Assembly: GCA_963721525.1 (NCBI GenBank)
Contig: CAVRJL010000016.1
Span: 22,781 to 86,780, forward strand
DNA from: an uncultured Negativicutes bacterium
GTDB taxonomy: Bacteria; Bacillota; Negativicutes; JBAXTZ01
Length of the DNA stretch: 64,000 bases
Direction: 5' to 3'
In this document: in pieces, positions 39,903 to 50,633 of the stretch
Layout: the number at the start of each line of letters is the position of its first letter
Numbering within the stretch: position 1 is the first letter of the stretch
The notes under the pieces: generated by a model
The model's database searches: none
What the model saw: the letters and a program-made list of their open reading frames with translations, nothing else
What the model was told of the DNA's origin: nothing
Program-made: the position numbers and the translations under genes

Positions 39903-40733
39903 ATGCTTATTATAAGAACTATAAGCTCAATTGTGGGAATATTTTTGTTGGCTGTTTTAATAATCTGTGGTGGATACTTATATAGTTTAGCTATAGTTTT
40001 TTTAGCGTTAATTTCTTGGCTGGAATTAAGTTCATTGTTTCGAAAAGTTGGAGTAAATATAGAAATGACTGTTGGTTTTTTACTTATAGTTTTAAACATG
40101 ACTTTCGTGCGATACGCTAATTCTACTGAGTGTGATTTTTTTATTTTTATAGGATTTGTTTGGTTGCTCACCAAGGTAATTATTACTAAAGGAAAATTTA
40201 ATATCGGAGATTGTTTAGGAAACATTTTTTGTTTTTTTTATATTTCTTTTTTATTTTCTCATTTTATTGAATTACGTTTTATAGACGAAGATACTATTTA
40301 CAAATATAAATACTTTTCTTTATCGTTTGGATCATTGTATTTATCGCTTGCACTGATTGGAACGTGGATAAATGATTCTTTTGCTTATTTGGTCGGGTCA
40401 AGCATTGGGAAATATAAAATTAATAGTAAAATAAGTCCTAAAAAAACTTGGGAGGGATTTATTTGTGGAACAATAGGTACGATATTATTTTTAATAATAT
40501 CCGTTTATTTATTAGGGTTTCCTATATGGCAAGGGATAAGTATTGGATTGATCGTTACTATTTTTGCTTTTTTAGGAGATATGGCAGAATCAGCACTTAA
40601 AAGATTTTGTGGTGTAAAAGATTCCGGGAAATTTGTGCCTGGGCATGGGGGTATACTTGATCGTTTTGATAGTATGCTTTTTGTTGTTCCGGCTATTTAT
40701 TATTTTGTTGTAATTGTTATTTTAAACTGTTAA
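39903..40733 (+). CDS. cdsA: Phosphatidate cytidylyltransferase
   Basis: Signature SALKRFCGVKDSGKFVPGHGGILDRFDS. ATG 39903 follows GGAGGG; the track ORF starts earlier at 39876. Confidence 0.85.
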   Translation: MLIIRTISSIVGIFLLAVLIICGGYLYSLAIVFLALISWLELSSLFRKVGVNIEMTVGFLLIVLNMTFVRYANSTECDFFIFIGFVWLLTKVIITKGKFNIGDCLGNIFCFFYISFLFSHFIELRFIDEDTIYKYKYFSLSFGSLYLSLALIGTWINDSFAYLVGSSIGKYKINSKISPKKTWEGFICGTIGTILFLIISVYLLGFPIWQGISIGLIVTIFAFLGDMAESALKRFCGVKDSGKFVPGHGGILDRFDSMLFVVPAIYYFVVIVILNC

Positions 40734-40753
40734 TTAAAATTAAATTATAAAAA

Positions 40754-41905
40754 ATGAAAAAATTAACTATATTTGGCAGTACAGGTTCTATTGGACAACA
40801 AACGCTTGATGTTATCAGAAGTCATAAAAATTTATTTTCTGTTGTTGCTATTTCAGGGCAAAAAAATATCGACCTACTTGAGAAACAGATTAATGAATTT
40901 AAACCTAAAATTGCAGTTGTTTGCGATAATGAAAAAGGAAATATTTTACGTTCTCGTTATAGTGGGGATACTAAAATTTTTATTGGAAAACAACATTTAA
41001 CAGATGATGCTGTTATAGGTAAAGCAGATATTGTCTTAAATGCATTAACAGGTTTTGCTGGTTTTAAACCCACATTAGCAGCAATAGAAGCAAAGAAAAG
41101 AATTGCGTTAGCCAATAAAGAAACACTTGTTGTTGCAGGGGATATTGTAATGAAGTTGGCGCATGAAAAAAAAGTAGAAATTATTCCAATAGACAGCGAG
41201 CATAGCGCCATTTTTCAATGTTTAAATGGTGAAAATAAAAAAAATATGAAGAAAATATTACTAATAGCTTCAGGAGGACCATTTTTTGGTAAAAGTAAAG
41301 ATGAACTTGAATATATTTCAGTAGAAGAAGCACTTAAACATCCAAATTGGAATATGGGTATGAAAATAAGTATTGACTCTGCTACTTTAGCTAATAAAGG
41401 ATTAGAAGTTATCGAAGCTAAACATTTATTTGATATGCCTGTTCATGATATAATCGTTTTAGTTCATAAGCAAAGTATTGTTCATTCAATGGTAGAATTT
41501 AAAGATAATAATATTATTGCCCAACTAGGATTACCTGATATGCGTATACCTATTCAATATGCACTTACTTACCCCAAGAGGATTTCCGTTAATTATAATT
41601 CCGTAGATTTTTTTATTTTCAATAATTTAACTTTTGAGAAGCCTGATTTAGAAACCTTTCGTTGTTTAAAGCTTGCTTATGAATGTGGAGCAGTTGGAGA
41701 AAATTATCCTTGTATTTTTAACGCTGTTAACGAAGTAGCGGTGGAGGCATTCTTAAATAAGAAAGTGAAATTTTTAGATATTCCTAATATTATTGAAACG
41801 ATTTTAAATAAAAGTGAATTTACAAGGATAAATAATATAAACGAAATATTTTTAATTGATAATAAAGCAAGAATCGATGCTAAAAATTATATAAAAAAAA
41901 TATAA
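40754..41905 (+). CDS. dxr: 1-deoxy-D-xylulose 5-phosphate reductoisomerase
   Basis: IFGSTGSIGQQTLDV, LANKETLV, PIDSEHSAIFQC and HPNWNMG. Confidence 0.95.
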   Translation: MKKLTIFGSTGSIGQQTLDVIRSHKNLFSVVAISGQKNIDLLEKQINEFKPKIAVVCDNEKGNILRSRYSGDTKIFIGKQHLTDDAVIGKADIVLNALTGFAGFKPTLAAIEAKKRIALANKETLVVAGDIVMKLAHEKKVEIIPIDSEHSAIFQCLNGENKKNMKKILLIASGGPFFGKSKDELEYISVEEALKHPNWNMGMKISIDSATLANKGLEVIEAKHLFDMPVHDIIVLVHKQSIVHSMVEFKDNNIIAQLGLPDMRIPIQYALTYPKRISVNYNSVDFFIFNNLTFEKPDLETFRCLKLAYECGAVGENYPCIFNAVNEVAVEAFLNKKVKFLDIPNIIETILNKSEFTRINNINEIFLIDNKARIDAKNYIKKI

Positions 41906-41929
41906 AGTATTAACTTTATTGGAGTATAA

Positions 41930-42949
41930 ATGATTATTATAGGAATAATATCTGTTTTTTTTATTTTGGTTTTTTTTCATGAATTGGGACATTTCATTAT
42001 GGCAAAGATTACAGGGATGAAAGTAGAAGAATTTGCTATCGGTATGGGTCCTAAATTGATTTCTTTTAAAATTGGTGAAACAAAATATTCTATAGGTATT
42101 ATACCTATAGGTGGGTATAATAAAATTGTAGGGATGGGTCCAGAAGAACAAAATGAAGAAAGAGGTTTTACTAAAAAATCTCTAGGAGCTCGTTTACTTG
42201 TTATTGCATCAGGAGGAGCAATGAATATTGTCTTGCCTATATTTTTATTGTTTACAATATATTTCTTAAATGGTATAGAAAAAATTGAAAATAAACCGAT
42301 CATAGGTAGTGTGGCGAACAATTCTCCAGCTTATCACGCTGGTATATATGTAAATGATAAAATATTAAAAATAAATAATATTGAAATAAAAACATGGAAT
42401 AAAGTTATAGATGTTATAAAAAACAACCATGATAAAGAAATAGTATTTTTAATAGAACGCTATAATAAAGAAGTTAATATTAAGATTCACCCTATATATA
42501 ATAAAGAAATAAAAAAAATAACTCTAGGTATCACACAGAAAACTTATAGACAAAAATTAGGCTGTTTAGATTCTTTTAAGCTTGCGATAATACGCACGTA
42601 TAAAATAGCAAAATTTATTATTTTTTCTTTATTCAGTATTATTTTAGGAAAAAATAAAGCGGAATTTGCAGGTCCCATTGGATTAATTGCTATGACGAGA
42701 GATGCCGTAAAAATAGGTTGGCTTTATCTACTTGAATTTCTTGCTTCATTCAGTATTAATTTAGGAATAATAAATTTAATCCCTATACCTGTTTTAGATG
42801 GAGGATATATTGTAATTTTACTAATTGAGGCAATTAGAAGAAAATCTTTTTCTACAAATATTTTATATAAAATACAAATAGTTGGATTTTTCCTTTTAAC
42901 TTCTTTGTTATTATTTGCTACAATACAAGATTTGTTAAGAATAAGTTAA
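41930..42949 (+). CDS. rseP: RIP zinc metalloprotease RseP/YluC family
   Basis: HELGHF motif, a PDZ-like central region and NLIPIPVLDGG. Confidence 0.9.
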   Translation: MIIIGIISVFFILVFFHELGHFIMAKITGMKVEEFAIGMGPKLISFKIGETKYSIGIIPIGGYNKIVGMGPEEQNEERGFTKKSLGARLLVIASGGAMNIVLPIFLLFTIYFLNGIEKIENKPIIGSVANNSPAYHAGIYVNDKILKINNIEIKTWNKVIDVIKNNHDKEIVFLIERYNKEVNIKIHPIYNKEIKKITLGITQKTYRQKLGCLDSFKLAIIRTYKIAKFIIFSLFSIILGKNKAEFAGPIGLIAMTRDAVKIGWLYLLEFLASFSINLGIINLIPIPVLDGGYIVILLIEAIRRKSFSTNILYKIQIVGFFLLTSLLLFATIQDLLRIS

Positions 42950-42972
42950 AAGGAAACTTAAGAGAAGAGAAA

Positions 42973-44055
42973 ATGTATGAAATAATTCGTCGACAAACTA
43001 AAAAAATTAAAGTTGGTAATATAAGTATAGGTAATAAATCACCTATAAGTATTCAATCAATGTGTACCACTAAAACTTATGATATTGACTCAACAGTAAA
43101 CCAAATTAACGATTTAAAAGCTATAGGATGTGATATTATTCGTGTAGCTGTACCCGATATTGCTTCAGCTGAAGCAATTGAAAAAATTAAAAAAAGAATA
43201 AATATTCCTCTTATAGCAGATATACATTTTGATTACCGGTTAGCTTTAAAAGCTTTAGAACAAGGTATAGATGGATTAAGGATAAATCCTGGAAATATTG
43301 GAAATGTGGAAAATGTAAAGATTGTTGCCAGAGAAGCGAAAAGACGTAATGTTCCGATAAGAATAGGTATAAATAGTGGATCGATAGAAAAAGATTTATT
43401 AGAAAAATATGGAAATTTTCCAACTGCAGAAGCGATGGTGCAAAGTGCTATACGCCATATAATAATACTAGAACAATGTGATTTTTATAATATTAAAGTT
43501 TCTTTAAAAGCAAATAGCGTTCCTCTGACTATTGAGGCTTATCGTTTATTAGCAAGTCAATATAATTATCCTTTGCATATTGGAATAACTGAAGCAGGAA
43601 CTATAAAATCTGGAATAGTCAAATCTGCTATAGGCATAGGAATTTTATTAGCGCAAGGAATAGGAGATACAATTAGAGTATCTCTTACAGACGATCCTAA
43701 AAAAGAAGTTAAAGCAGGAATTGAAATCCTAAAAGTGTTAGGTTTAAAAAAATATGGAGTAGAATTAATATCTTGTCCTACATGCGCAAGAACAGAGATA
43801 GATCTAATAAATCTTTGCAAACGAATAGAAAAAAGAATGCAATGTATAATTGAACCTTTATCAGTAGCAATAATGGGATGTGTTGTTAATGGGCCAGGAG
43901 AAGCTAAACAAGCTGATATAGGAATAGCAGGGGGAAAAGGGGAAGGAGTATTATTTATAAAAGGGGAAATAATAAAAAAAGTACCAGAAAATAAGTTAGA
44001 AGAAGCTCTTTTTATAGGAATAAACGATATTTTAAAAAATAAAATAATTTATTAG
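42973..44055 (+). CDS. ispG: 4-hydroxy-3-methylbut-2-en-1-yl diphosphate synthase
   Basis: QSMCTTKT, RINPGNIG, ISCPTCART and GCVVNGPGEA. Confidence 0.95.
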   Translation: MYEIIRRQTKKIKVGNISIGNKSPISIQSMCTTKTYDIDSTVNQINDLKAIGCDIIRVAVPDIASAEAIEKIKKRINIPLIADIHFDYRLALKALEQGIDGLRINPGNIGNVENVKIVAREAKRRNVPIRIGINSGSIEKDLLEKYGNFPTAEAMVQSAIRHIIILEQCDFYNIKVSLKANSVPLTIEAYRLLASQYNYPLHIGITEAGTIKSGIVKSAIGIGILLAQGIGDTIRVSLTDDPKKEVKAGIEILKVLGLKKYGVELISCPTCARTEIDLINLCKRIEKRMQCIIEPLSVAIMGCVVNGPGEAKQADIGIAGGKGEGVLFIKGEIIKKVPENKLEEALFIGINDILKNKIIY

Positions 44056-44123
44056 GCTTATGTTTCTGTGAAAACAAAAAATTTTTATCGAATCTTATTC
44101 AGGGAGAAATTATTTAAAATTAT

Positions 44124-44152
44124 TTGCAAGGTTATAGAAGTTATGCTATAGT
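44124..44152 (+). promoter_or_regulatory. Candidate promoter of the S10 ribosomal operon
   Basis: TTGCAA (44124-44129), a 17-nt spacer, then TATAGT (44147-44152). Confidence 0.5.
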
Positions 44153-44279
44153 ATTTTGGTATTTGGTAAGAGATATTTTCTAGCATTCATATGATACGCC
44201 CGGAAGCGTTTACATAAAATTTTTAGTATTTACAACTTAACTGTATAATTTTAGCTGAATAAGGAGGATATAATTATTT

Positions 44280-44591
44280 ATGGGGAAACAACAAAAAATT
44301 AGAATTAGATTGAAAGCATATGATCACAAGGCATTAGATATGTGTGCACAACGAATAATTGATACTGTAAAAAGAACTAATGCGTTGGTTGCAGGACCTA
44401 TACCTCTACCTACAGAAAAAAATACATATACTATTCTTCGTTCACCACACGTTAATAAAGATTCGCGCGAACAATTTGAAATGCGTACACATAAGCGCTT
44501 AATTGACATTGTTGAACCTACAAAAAAGACGGTAGATGCTTTAAAAAGACTTGATCTGCCAGCAGGTGTAGATATAGAAATTAAGCTCTAG
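44280..44591 (+). CDS. rpsJ: 30S ribosomal protein S10
   Basis: [15 protein letters not shown]...[24 protein letters not shown]. Confidence 0.95.
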   Translation: MGKQQKIRIRLKAYDHKALDMCAQRIIDTVKRTNALVAGPIPLPTEKNTYTILRSPHVNKDSREQFEMRTHKRLIDIVEPTKKTVDALKRLDLPAGVDIEIKL

Positions 44592-44599
44592 GAGGAAAT

Positions 44600-45235
44600 A
44601 TGCAAAAAGGTTTATTAGGTAAAAAGTTGGGAATGACTCAAGTTTTTTCTCAAGATGGCACGTTATTACCAGTGACGGTTGTAGAAGTTACAGATAATGT
44701 TGTTTTACAAAATAAGACTATTGAAAATGATGGATATAATGCGGTACAAATTGGTTTTGGAGCAGTTAACGAAAAAAAACTAACTAAACCAGCTATAGGA
44801 TTTTTTAAAAAAATAAATAAAAAGCCTGTACGATATATTCGCGAAATTCGTTTAAAAGAACCTTCTATTTACACTCCAGGTACTTTATTAGGACCAGATA
44901 TTCTCAGCATAGGCGAATCAGTTGATATCACAGGTATTTCTAAGGGAAAAGGATTTTCAGGAGGCATTAAACGGCATAATTTTGCACGTGGACCCATGAG
45001 TCATGGTTCTAAATCCCATAGAGAACCGGGATCCATGGGGCCAAGAATGTCAGGTGGCGGCGGTAGAGTTTTTAAAGGCAAAAAATTACCTGGACAAATG
45101 GGTTTTGAAAAAGTTACTGTCCAAAATTTAACAATAGCAAGAATAGATAAACCTCGTAACTTGCTTCTTATAAAAGGTGCGGTCCCTGGATCTAAAGGGG
45201 CTTTAGTTTTAATACGTAGAGCGAAAAAATGCTGA
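44600..45235 (+). CDS. rplC: 50S ribosomal protein L3
   Basis: GLLGKKLGMTQVF...GKGFSGGIKRHNF. Confidence 0.95.
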   Translation: MQKGLLGKKLGMTQVFSQDGTLLPVTVVEVTDNVVLQNKTIENDGYNAVQIGFGAVNEKKLTKPAIGFFKKINKKPVRYIREIRLKEPSIYTPGTLLGPDILSIGESVDITGISKGKGFSGGIKRHNFARGPMSHGSKSHREPGSMGPRMSGGGGRVFKGKKLPGQMGFEKVTVQNLTIARIDKPRNLLLIKGAVPGSKGALVLIRRAKKC

Positions 45236-45275
45236 TAAACAATAAAGATTAGGGGAATAAGGAGGATTAGTTATT

Positions 45276-45899
45276 GTGCCTATAGTTAAGGTATATAATA
45301 TGCAAGGTTCTCAAACTGATGAAATAGATTTAAAAGAGTCTGTTTTTGGAATTAAAGCCAATGAAGCGCTAGTTCATCAGGCAGTAAAAATATATTTAGC
45401 TAGTAAAAGATTAGGAACTCACAAGACAAAAAAACGTGATGAAGTGAGAGGAGGAGGCAAAAAACCTTGGCGACAAAAAGGTACAGGGCGTGCACGAGCT
45501 GGTTCGATTCGTTCGCCTCTTTGGGTAGGCGGAGGAACGATTTTTGGTCCACACCCACGCAGTTATACTTTTACAATGCCGCGTAAAGCTAGGAGAATAG
45601 CTATAAAATCTGCTCTTAGCAGCAAGATAGAATCTTCAGAAATAATAGTTATTGATGAAATAAAATTAGCCGAAATAAAAACAAAGCAAATTGTTGAATT
45701 TTTAAAAAATTTTGATAGTCCAAAAAAGGCTTTAATAATAACTGCAGTAAAAAATGAAAATATACTGAAGTCAAGTTTAAATATAACTGGAGTTAAGTCA
45801 ATAATTTCTGTAGGTATAAATGTTTTCGATTTATTGTACCATGATAAGATTTTTGTTGAAAGAGCAGCAATTTCTAAAATTCAAGAGGTGTGTATATAG
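45276..45899 (+). CDS. rplD: 50S ribosomal protein L4
   Basis: RGGGKKPWRQKGTGRARAGSIRSPLWVGGG. GTG start. Confidence 0.95.
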   Translation: MPIVKVYNMQGSQTDEIDLKESVFGIKANEALVHQAVKIYLASKRLGTHKTKKRDEVRGGGKKPWRQKGTGRARAGSIRSPLWVGGGTIFGPHPRSYTFTMPRKARRIAIKSALSSKIESSEIIVIDEIKLAEIKTKQIVEFLKNFDSPKKALIITAVKNENILKSSLNITGVKSIISVGINVFDLLYHDKIFVERAAISKIQEVCI

Positions 45900-46186
45900 T
45901 GGATAATTTGCATAATATGGTAATTAAACCTCGTATAACTGAAAAATCAAATGATATGATAACTGAGAATAAATATGTGTTTAAAATCCCACTCACTGTA
46001 AATAAAATTGAGATTAAAATAGTTATAGAAAAAATTTTTAAAGTAAAAATAGTTAATGTTAATATAATTAGAGTTTATGGAAAAATAAAACGTATGGGTA
46101 AAACTGTAGGTCGTCGTTCTGATTTTAAAAAAGCTATTGTTAAGCTCGCACCGGGTAATCGTATAGAAGCATTAGAAAGTATTTAA
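45890..46186 (+). CDS. rplW: 50S ribosomal protein L23
   Basis: IKPRITEKS...KKAIVKL. The true start may be GTG 45899 or ATG 45917. Confidence 0.85.
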   Translation: MYIVDNLHNMVIKPRITEKSNDMITENKYVFKIPLTVNKIEIKIVIEKIFKVKIVNVNIIRVYGKIKRMGKTVGRRSDFKKAIVKLAPGNRIEALESI

Positions 46187-46225
46187 GCTTTTATTTGATT
46201 TTGAAATAATTAGGAGGGGAAAAAG

Positions 46226-47055
46226 ATGATGGCTCTTAAAACTTTTAAACCAACATCTAAAGGTAGACGTTTTATGAGTGTTGCTGATTTTTCCGATATT
46301 ACTGCAACAAAGCCGGAACGTTCTTTAGTAGTTAAATTAGATAAACATGGTGGGAGAAATCACCAGGGGCGTTTAACTGTGCGTCATCAGGGTGGAGGCG
46401 CTAAAAGAAAATATAGAATTATTGATTGGAAAAGGAATAAGGAAAATATAATTGCTAAAATAGCAACTATTGAATACGATCCTAATCGTTCCGCCTATAT
46501 TGCTTTATTGCATTATATGGATGGAGAAAAGCGTTATATTTTAGCGCCTAATGGAATAAGAGTCGGAGACATTGTATTAAGTGGAAACGAAGTTGATATT
46601 AAGATAGGAAATTGTTTACCTCTTAAAAATATTCCTGTAGGTAGTACTGTCACAATATGGAAATGAAAATAGGCAAGGGGGCTGAAATGGTACGTTCTGC
46701 AGGGTCTTTTGCTCAACTTATGGCGAAAGAAGGGAAATATGCTTTATTGCGTTTGCCTTCAGGAGAACAACGTAAAGTTCACTTTAATTGTAGAGCGACT
46801 ATTGGACAAGTGAGTAACATTAATCATGAAAATATTACTATTGGGAAAGCTGGACGAAATCGTTGGTTGGGGAAAAGACCTGAAAATCGCGGAACCTCAA
46901 TGAATCCTTGCGATCATCCTCATGGTGGGGGAGAAGGGCGTTCTCCAATAGGTCGGAAACATCCCGTTACTCCTTGGGGAAAATGCGCAATGGGAGCGAA
47001 AACTCGGCATAAAAAACTTTCTGATAAGATGATAGTGTCTCGACGTGTAAAATAA
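46226..47055 (+). pseudogene. rplB: 50S ribosomal protein L2 gene interrupted by a 1-nt deletion
   Basis: ...NIPVGSTV in frame 1 stops at 46664-46666. [18 protein letters not shown]... continues in the -1 frame from 46651. Total length is 830 nt, i.e. 3n-1. Confidence 0.85.
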
Positions 47056-47072
47056 ATAAATAGGAGGGAATA

Positions 47073-47357
47073 ATGTCAAGATCGACAAAAAAAGGACCTT
47101 ACGTCCATTCAAGTATATTAAAAAAAATAAACATCATGAATGAAAAAAATGAAAGAAAAGTATTTAAAACATGGTCAAGGACTTCCACAATTTTGCCTAG
47201 CTTTGTAGGCCATACTATAGCAGTACACGATGGTCGTAAACATGTTCCTATATATATGACTGAAGATATGGTTGGGCATAAGCTGGGAGAATTTGTGCCA
47301 ACAAGAACTTTTAAAGGTCACGGGTCTCATACAGAGCGTTCAACATCGTTGAAATAA
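47073..47357 (+). CDS. rpsS: 30S ribosomal protein S19
   Basis: [10 protein letters not shown]...[29 protein letters not shown]. Confidence 0.95.
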   Translation: MSRSTKKGPYVHSSILKKINIMNEKNERKVFKTWSRTSTILPSFVGHTIAVHDGRKHVPIYMTEDMVGHKLGEFVPTRTFKGHGSHTERSTSLK

Positions 47358-47369
47358 TGGGAGGATTGA

Positions 47370-47702
47370 ATGGAAGCTATAGCTAAAGCAAAATATATAC
47401 GAATTGCGCCTAGGAAAGCACGTATAGTAATTGATTTAATTCGTGGTAAAAATATTGATGAAGCCATTGCAATTTTGAAGTTCACTCCAAAAATCGGGGC
47501 ACTGATTGTTGAAAAAGTTTTAAAATCTACTATTGCAAACGCTGAACATAATTATAATATGAATACTTCAAAGTTATACGTATCAAAGGCTTTAGTAGAT
47601 CAAGGACCAACGTTGAAAAGAATTCATCCAAGATCTCGAGGTCAGGCATTTAAAATTTTGAAAAAAACAAGCCATATCACTATGGTTGTTGCTGAAAGGT
47701 AG
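47370..47702 (+). CDS. rplV: 50S ribosomal protein L22
   Basis: [18 protein letters not shown]...[26 protein letters not shown]. Confidence 0.95.
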   Translation: MEAIAKAKYIRIAPRKARIVIDLIRGKNIDEAIAILKFTPKIGALIVEKVLKSTIANAEHNYNMNTSKLYVSKALVDQGPTLKRIHPRSRGQAFKILKKTSHITMVVAER

Positions 47703-47714
47703 TAGGAGGGGATT

Positions 47715-48377
47715 GTGGGGCAAAAGGTAAATCCGCATGGATTAAGAATAGGAATTATAAAATCTTGGGATGCTAAATGGTACGCAGATAAAGATTTTGC
47801 GAAATATTTGCATGAAGATATAAAGATTCGTAATTTATTAAAGAAGAAATTATATACTGCTGGAATTTCTCGCGTTATTATAGAACGTAATGGAAATCGT
47901 CTTAAAGCCACTATTTTCACAAATAAACCAGGTATAATTATAGGACGAAGCGGTGCAGGTATAGAAGAAATAAAAAAAAATATAGGTCAATTTACTGACC
48001 ATAATATAGAAGTGCAAATTCAAGAAATAAAACAAATTGACTTGGATGCAGTGTTAGTAGCACAGTTTATTGCTGCTCAATTGGAAAAAAGAATAGCATT
48101 TCGTCGTGCTATGAAACAAGCTGTGATACGAACTATGCGTGCTGGTGCTAAGGGAATAAAAGTTATGGTAAGTGGTCGTTTGGGAGGAGCAGAGATAGCT
48201 CGAAATGAGCTATATAGAGAAGGAAGTATTCCTCTTCACACGTTGCGTGCAAATATCGACTATGCTATTGCACAAGCGCATACTACTTATGGTATTATTG
48301 GCGTAAAAGTATGGATATATAAAGGTGAAATTTTGCCTCAAAAAAAAATTCTTTCTGCTGAAGGAGGCAAACAATAA
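47715..48377 (+). CDS. rpsC: 30S ribosomal protein S3
   Basis: [13 protein letters not shown]...[13 protein letters not shown] start. Confidence 0.95.
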   Translation: MGQKVNPHGLRIGIIKSWDAKWYADKDFAKYLHEDIKIRNLLKKKLYTAGISRVIIERNGNRLKATIFTNKPGIIIGRSGAGIEEIKKNIGQFTDHNIEVQIQEIKQIDLDAVLVAQFIAAQLEKRIAFRRAMKQAVIRTMRAGAKGIKVMVSGRLGGAEIARNELYREGSIPLHTLRANIDYAIAQAHTTYGIIGVKVWIYKGEILPQKKILSAEGGKQ

Positions 48378-48988
48378 TGCTTGTTCCAAAAAGAAGTAAA
48401 TTTCGAAAACAATTTCGTGGTAGAATGGTTGGTAAAGCAAATAAAGGAAATAAAGTCTCTCATGGCGAATTTGGATTAACGGCTTTAGAACCGTCTTGGA
48501 TCACAAATAGACAAATTGAAGCTGCTCGTATTGCGATGACACGTTATATTAAGCGTGGAGGACAAGTTTGGATAAAAATTTTTCCAGATAAACCTGTAAC
48601 TGCAAAGCCAGCTGAAACTCGTATGGGTAGCGGTAAAGGTTCTCCAGAATATTGGGTTGCTGTGGTGAAACCAGGTAGGGTTATGTTTGAAATTGCTGGA
48701 GTGTCTGAAGAGGTTGCAAAAGAAGCATTTCGTTTAGCTGGTCATAAATTACCTATTAAAACAGGTTTTATTAAAAAAGAAACGGAAGGTGAAGTAGTGA
48801 AACAAATGAAAGTTAAAGAGATCCGTGAAATGAACGATAATGAATTATTAGGAAAGTTGAATAAATTAAAAGAAGATCTTTTCAACTTACGTTTCCAACT
48901 TGCTATTGGGCAATTAGAAAACTTTTCGCGAATACGTGAAGTAAAAAAAAGTATTGCTAGAATAAAAACTGTACAGCGTGAACAGTGA
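48377..48988 (+). CDS. rplP: 50S ribosomal protein L16, no stop codon, reading in frame into L29
   Basis: The first 143 aa are L16 ([17 protein letters not shown]...[13 protein letters not shown]). The ORF then continues directly into the L29 sequence. Confidence 0.85.
   Translation: MLVPKRSKFRKQFRGRMVGKANKGNKVSHGEFGLTALEPSWITNRQIEAARIAMTRYIKRGGQVWIKIFPDKPVTAKPAETRMGSGKGSPEYWVAVVKPGRVMFEIAGVSEEVAKEAFRLAGHKLPIKTGFIKKETEGEVVKQMKVKEIREMNDNELLGKLNKLKEDLFNLRFQLAIGQLENFSRIREVKKSIARIKTVQREQ
48806..48988 (+). CDS. rpmC: 50S ribosomal protein L29 (in frame within the rplP ORF)
   Basis: [39 protein letters not shown]. Confidence 0.85.
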   Translation: MKVKEIREMNDNELLGKLNKLKEDLFNLRFQLAIGQLENFSRIREVKKSIARIKTVQREQ

Positions 48989-49023
48989 ACTGAAACGCGC
49001 TTAGGAAAGGAAGAGGTAAAAAA

Positions 49024-49272
49024 GTGGAAAGAAATGAACGCAAAGTACGTATTGGTAAAGTCGTAAGCAATAAGATGAAAAAAACTGTGGTTATTTCTAT
49101 CGACCGTATCGTTTCTCATCCAATGTATAAGAAGTTGGTAAACCATACAAAAAAATTTAAAGCTCATGATGAAAAGAATGAATGTTCTATAGGCGATACA
49201 GTTAAGATTATGGAAACACGTCCATTATCTAAAAATAAATATTTTAGAGTAGTAAAATTACTGAAAAAGTAA
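49024..49272 (+). CDS. rpsQ: 30S ribosomal protein S17
   Basis: [23 protein letters not shown]...[26 protein letters not shown] start. Confidence 0.95.
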   Translation: MERNERKVRIGKVVSNKMKKTVVISIDRIVSHPMYKKLVNHTKKFKAHDEKNECSIGDTVKIMETRPLSKNKYFRVVKLLKK

Positions 49273-49316
49273 AATAAAACAATTTAGTTGTTTTATGAGC
49301 TGAAGGAGATAATTTA

Positions 49317-49685
49317 ATGATTCAGCAAGAAACAAGATTGAATATTGCGGATAATACCGGAGCAAAAGAAATATTATGTATTCGTGTATTGGGAGGATCT
49401 TTCCGTAGATATGCTAATATTGGAGATGTTATTGTTGGTTCTGTCAAAGAGGCATCCCCCGGAGGCGTTGTTAAGAAAGGGGAAGTTGTAAAAGCGGTAA
49501 TTGTTCGTTCTGCTAAAGGACTGAAACGTTCGGATGGATCGTATATTAAATTTGATGATAATGCGGCTGTTATTATAAAAGATGATAAGTCTCCTAAAGG
49601 CACTCGTGTATTTGGCCCAGTAGCGAGAGAGTTGCGTGAAAAAGATTTTATGAAGATAATTTCGCTTGCGCCAGAAGTAATTTAG
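49317..49685 (+). CDS. rplN: 50S ribosomal protein L14
   Basis: [18 protein letters not shown]...FGPVARELR. Confidence 0.95.
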   Translation: MIQQETRLNIADNTGAKEILCIRVLGGSFRRYANIGDVIVGSVKEASPGGVVKKGEVVKAVIVRSAKGLKRSDGSYIKFDDNAAVIIKDDKSPKGTRVFGPVARELREKDFMKIISLAPEVI

Positions 49686-49710
49686 GAAGTAATTTAGGCG
49701 GAGGTTTGGA

Positions 49711-50050
49711 ATGGTTAGGGGAAAAAAAATACATATAAAAAAAGGCGACAATGTTATAGTTTTATCAGGAAAGGATAAAGGGAAAAAGGAAAGATTATAG
49801 AAGTTATTACCTAACAGTGGAAAAGTTATAATAGAAGGGATAAACAAAGTATACAAACATATGCGTTCTACTCACAAAAAATCCTCAAGGCGGTATTATA
49901 CTTAAAGAAGCTCCGATTTATGGGTGTAAAGTTATGTTATTATGTCCAAGTTGTAATAAACCGACTAGAATTAGTAAGACGGTTTTATCAGATGGGGAAA
50001 AAACTCGTGTTTGTAAAAACTGTGAGGAAATAGTTGATAGCAGAAAATAA
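49711..50050 (+). pseudogene. rplX: 50S ribosomal protein L24 gene with three frameshifts
   Basis: The conserved sequence is spread over three frames: MVRGKKIHIKKGDNVIVLSGKDKGKK | GKIIEV | [22 protein letters not shown] | [31 protein letters not shown].... Length is 340 nt, i.e. 3n+1. Confidence 0.85.
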
Positions 50051-50071
50051 CGCGTAGAAAGGAGTAAAAAA

Positions 50072-50633
50072 ATGGCATCAAGGCTAAAAGAAAAATATTT
50101 TAAAGAGATTGCCGATATTTTAAAGGCAAAATTTAATTACAAAAATATTATGCAAATCCCAAAAATTGAAAAAGTAGTAATTAATGTCGGTATTGGAGAA
50201 GCGGTCGGAACTCCTAAAACGATAGATGTCAGCTATGCAAGATATAATGACTATTTCCGGACAAAAGCCTGTTATTACTAAAGCTAAAAAATCAATTGCG
50301 GCATTTAAAGTCCGTCAAGGTATGAATTTAGGAATAAAAGTAACTCTTCGCAATGAGAGAATGTATTATTTTTTAGATAAATTAATTAATGTAGCATTGC
50401 CAAGAGTACGTGACTTCCGTGGAGTAAGTTCAACGTCTTTTGATGGACGAGGAAATTATAACTATGGGTGTTAAGGAACAACTTATTTTTCCTGAGATAG
50501 AATATGATAAAGTTGATGAAATTCGTGGCATGGATATTGCGATTATAACTACGTGCAGAAAATGATGAAGAAGCGCGTGAATTATTAAAATTATCGGCAT
50601 GCCATTCAGCGTAAAGAAAGGGGAAATAGATAA
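50072..50633 (+). pseudogene. rplE: 50S ribosomal protein L5 gene with four to five frameshifts
   Basis: Segments [10 protein letters not shown]...PKTID | [26 protein letters not shown]...GRGNYNY | [29 protein letters not shown] | [12 protein letters not shown] | GMPFS lie in successive frames. Confidence 0.85.

Noticed and set aside
46640-46666. Programmed -1 ribosomal frameshift in rplB.
   Set aside because: There is no X XXY YYZ slippery heptamer and no obvious downstream stem-loop or pseudoknot. A simple CC-to-C deletion explains the junction.
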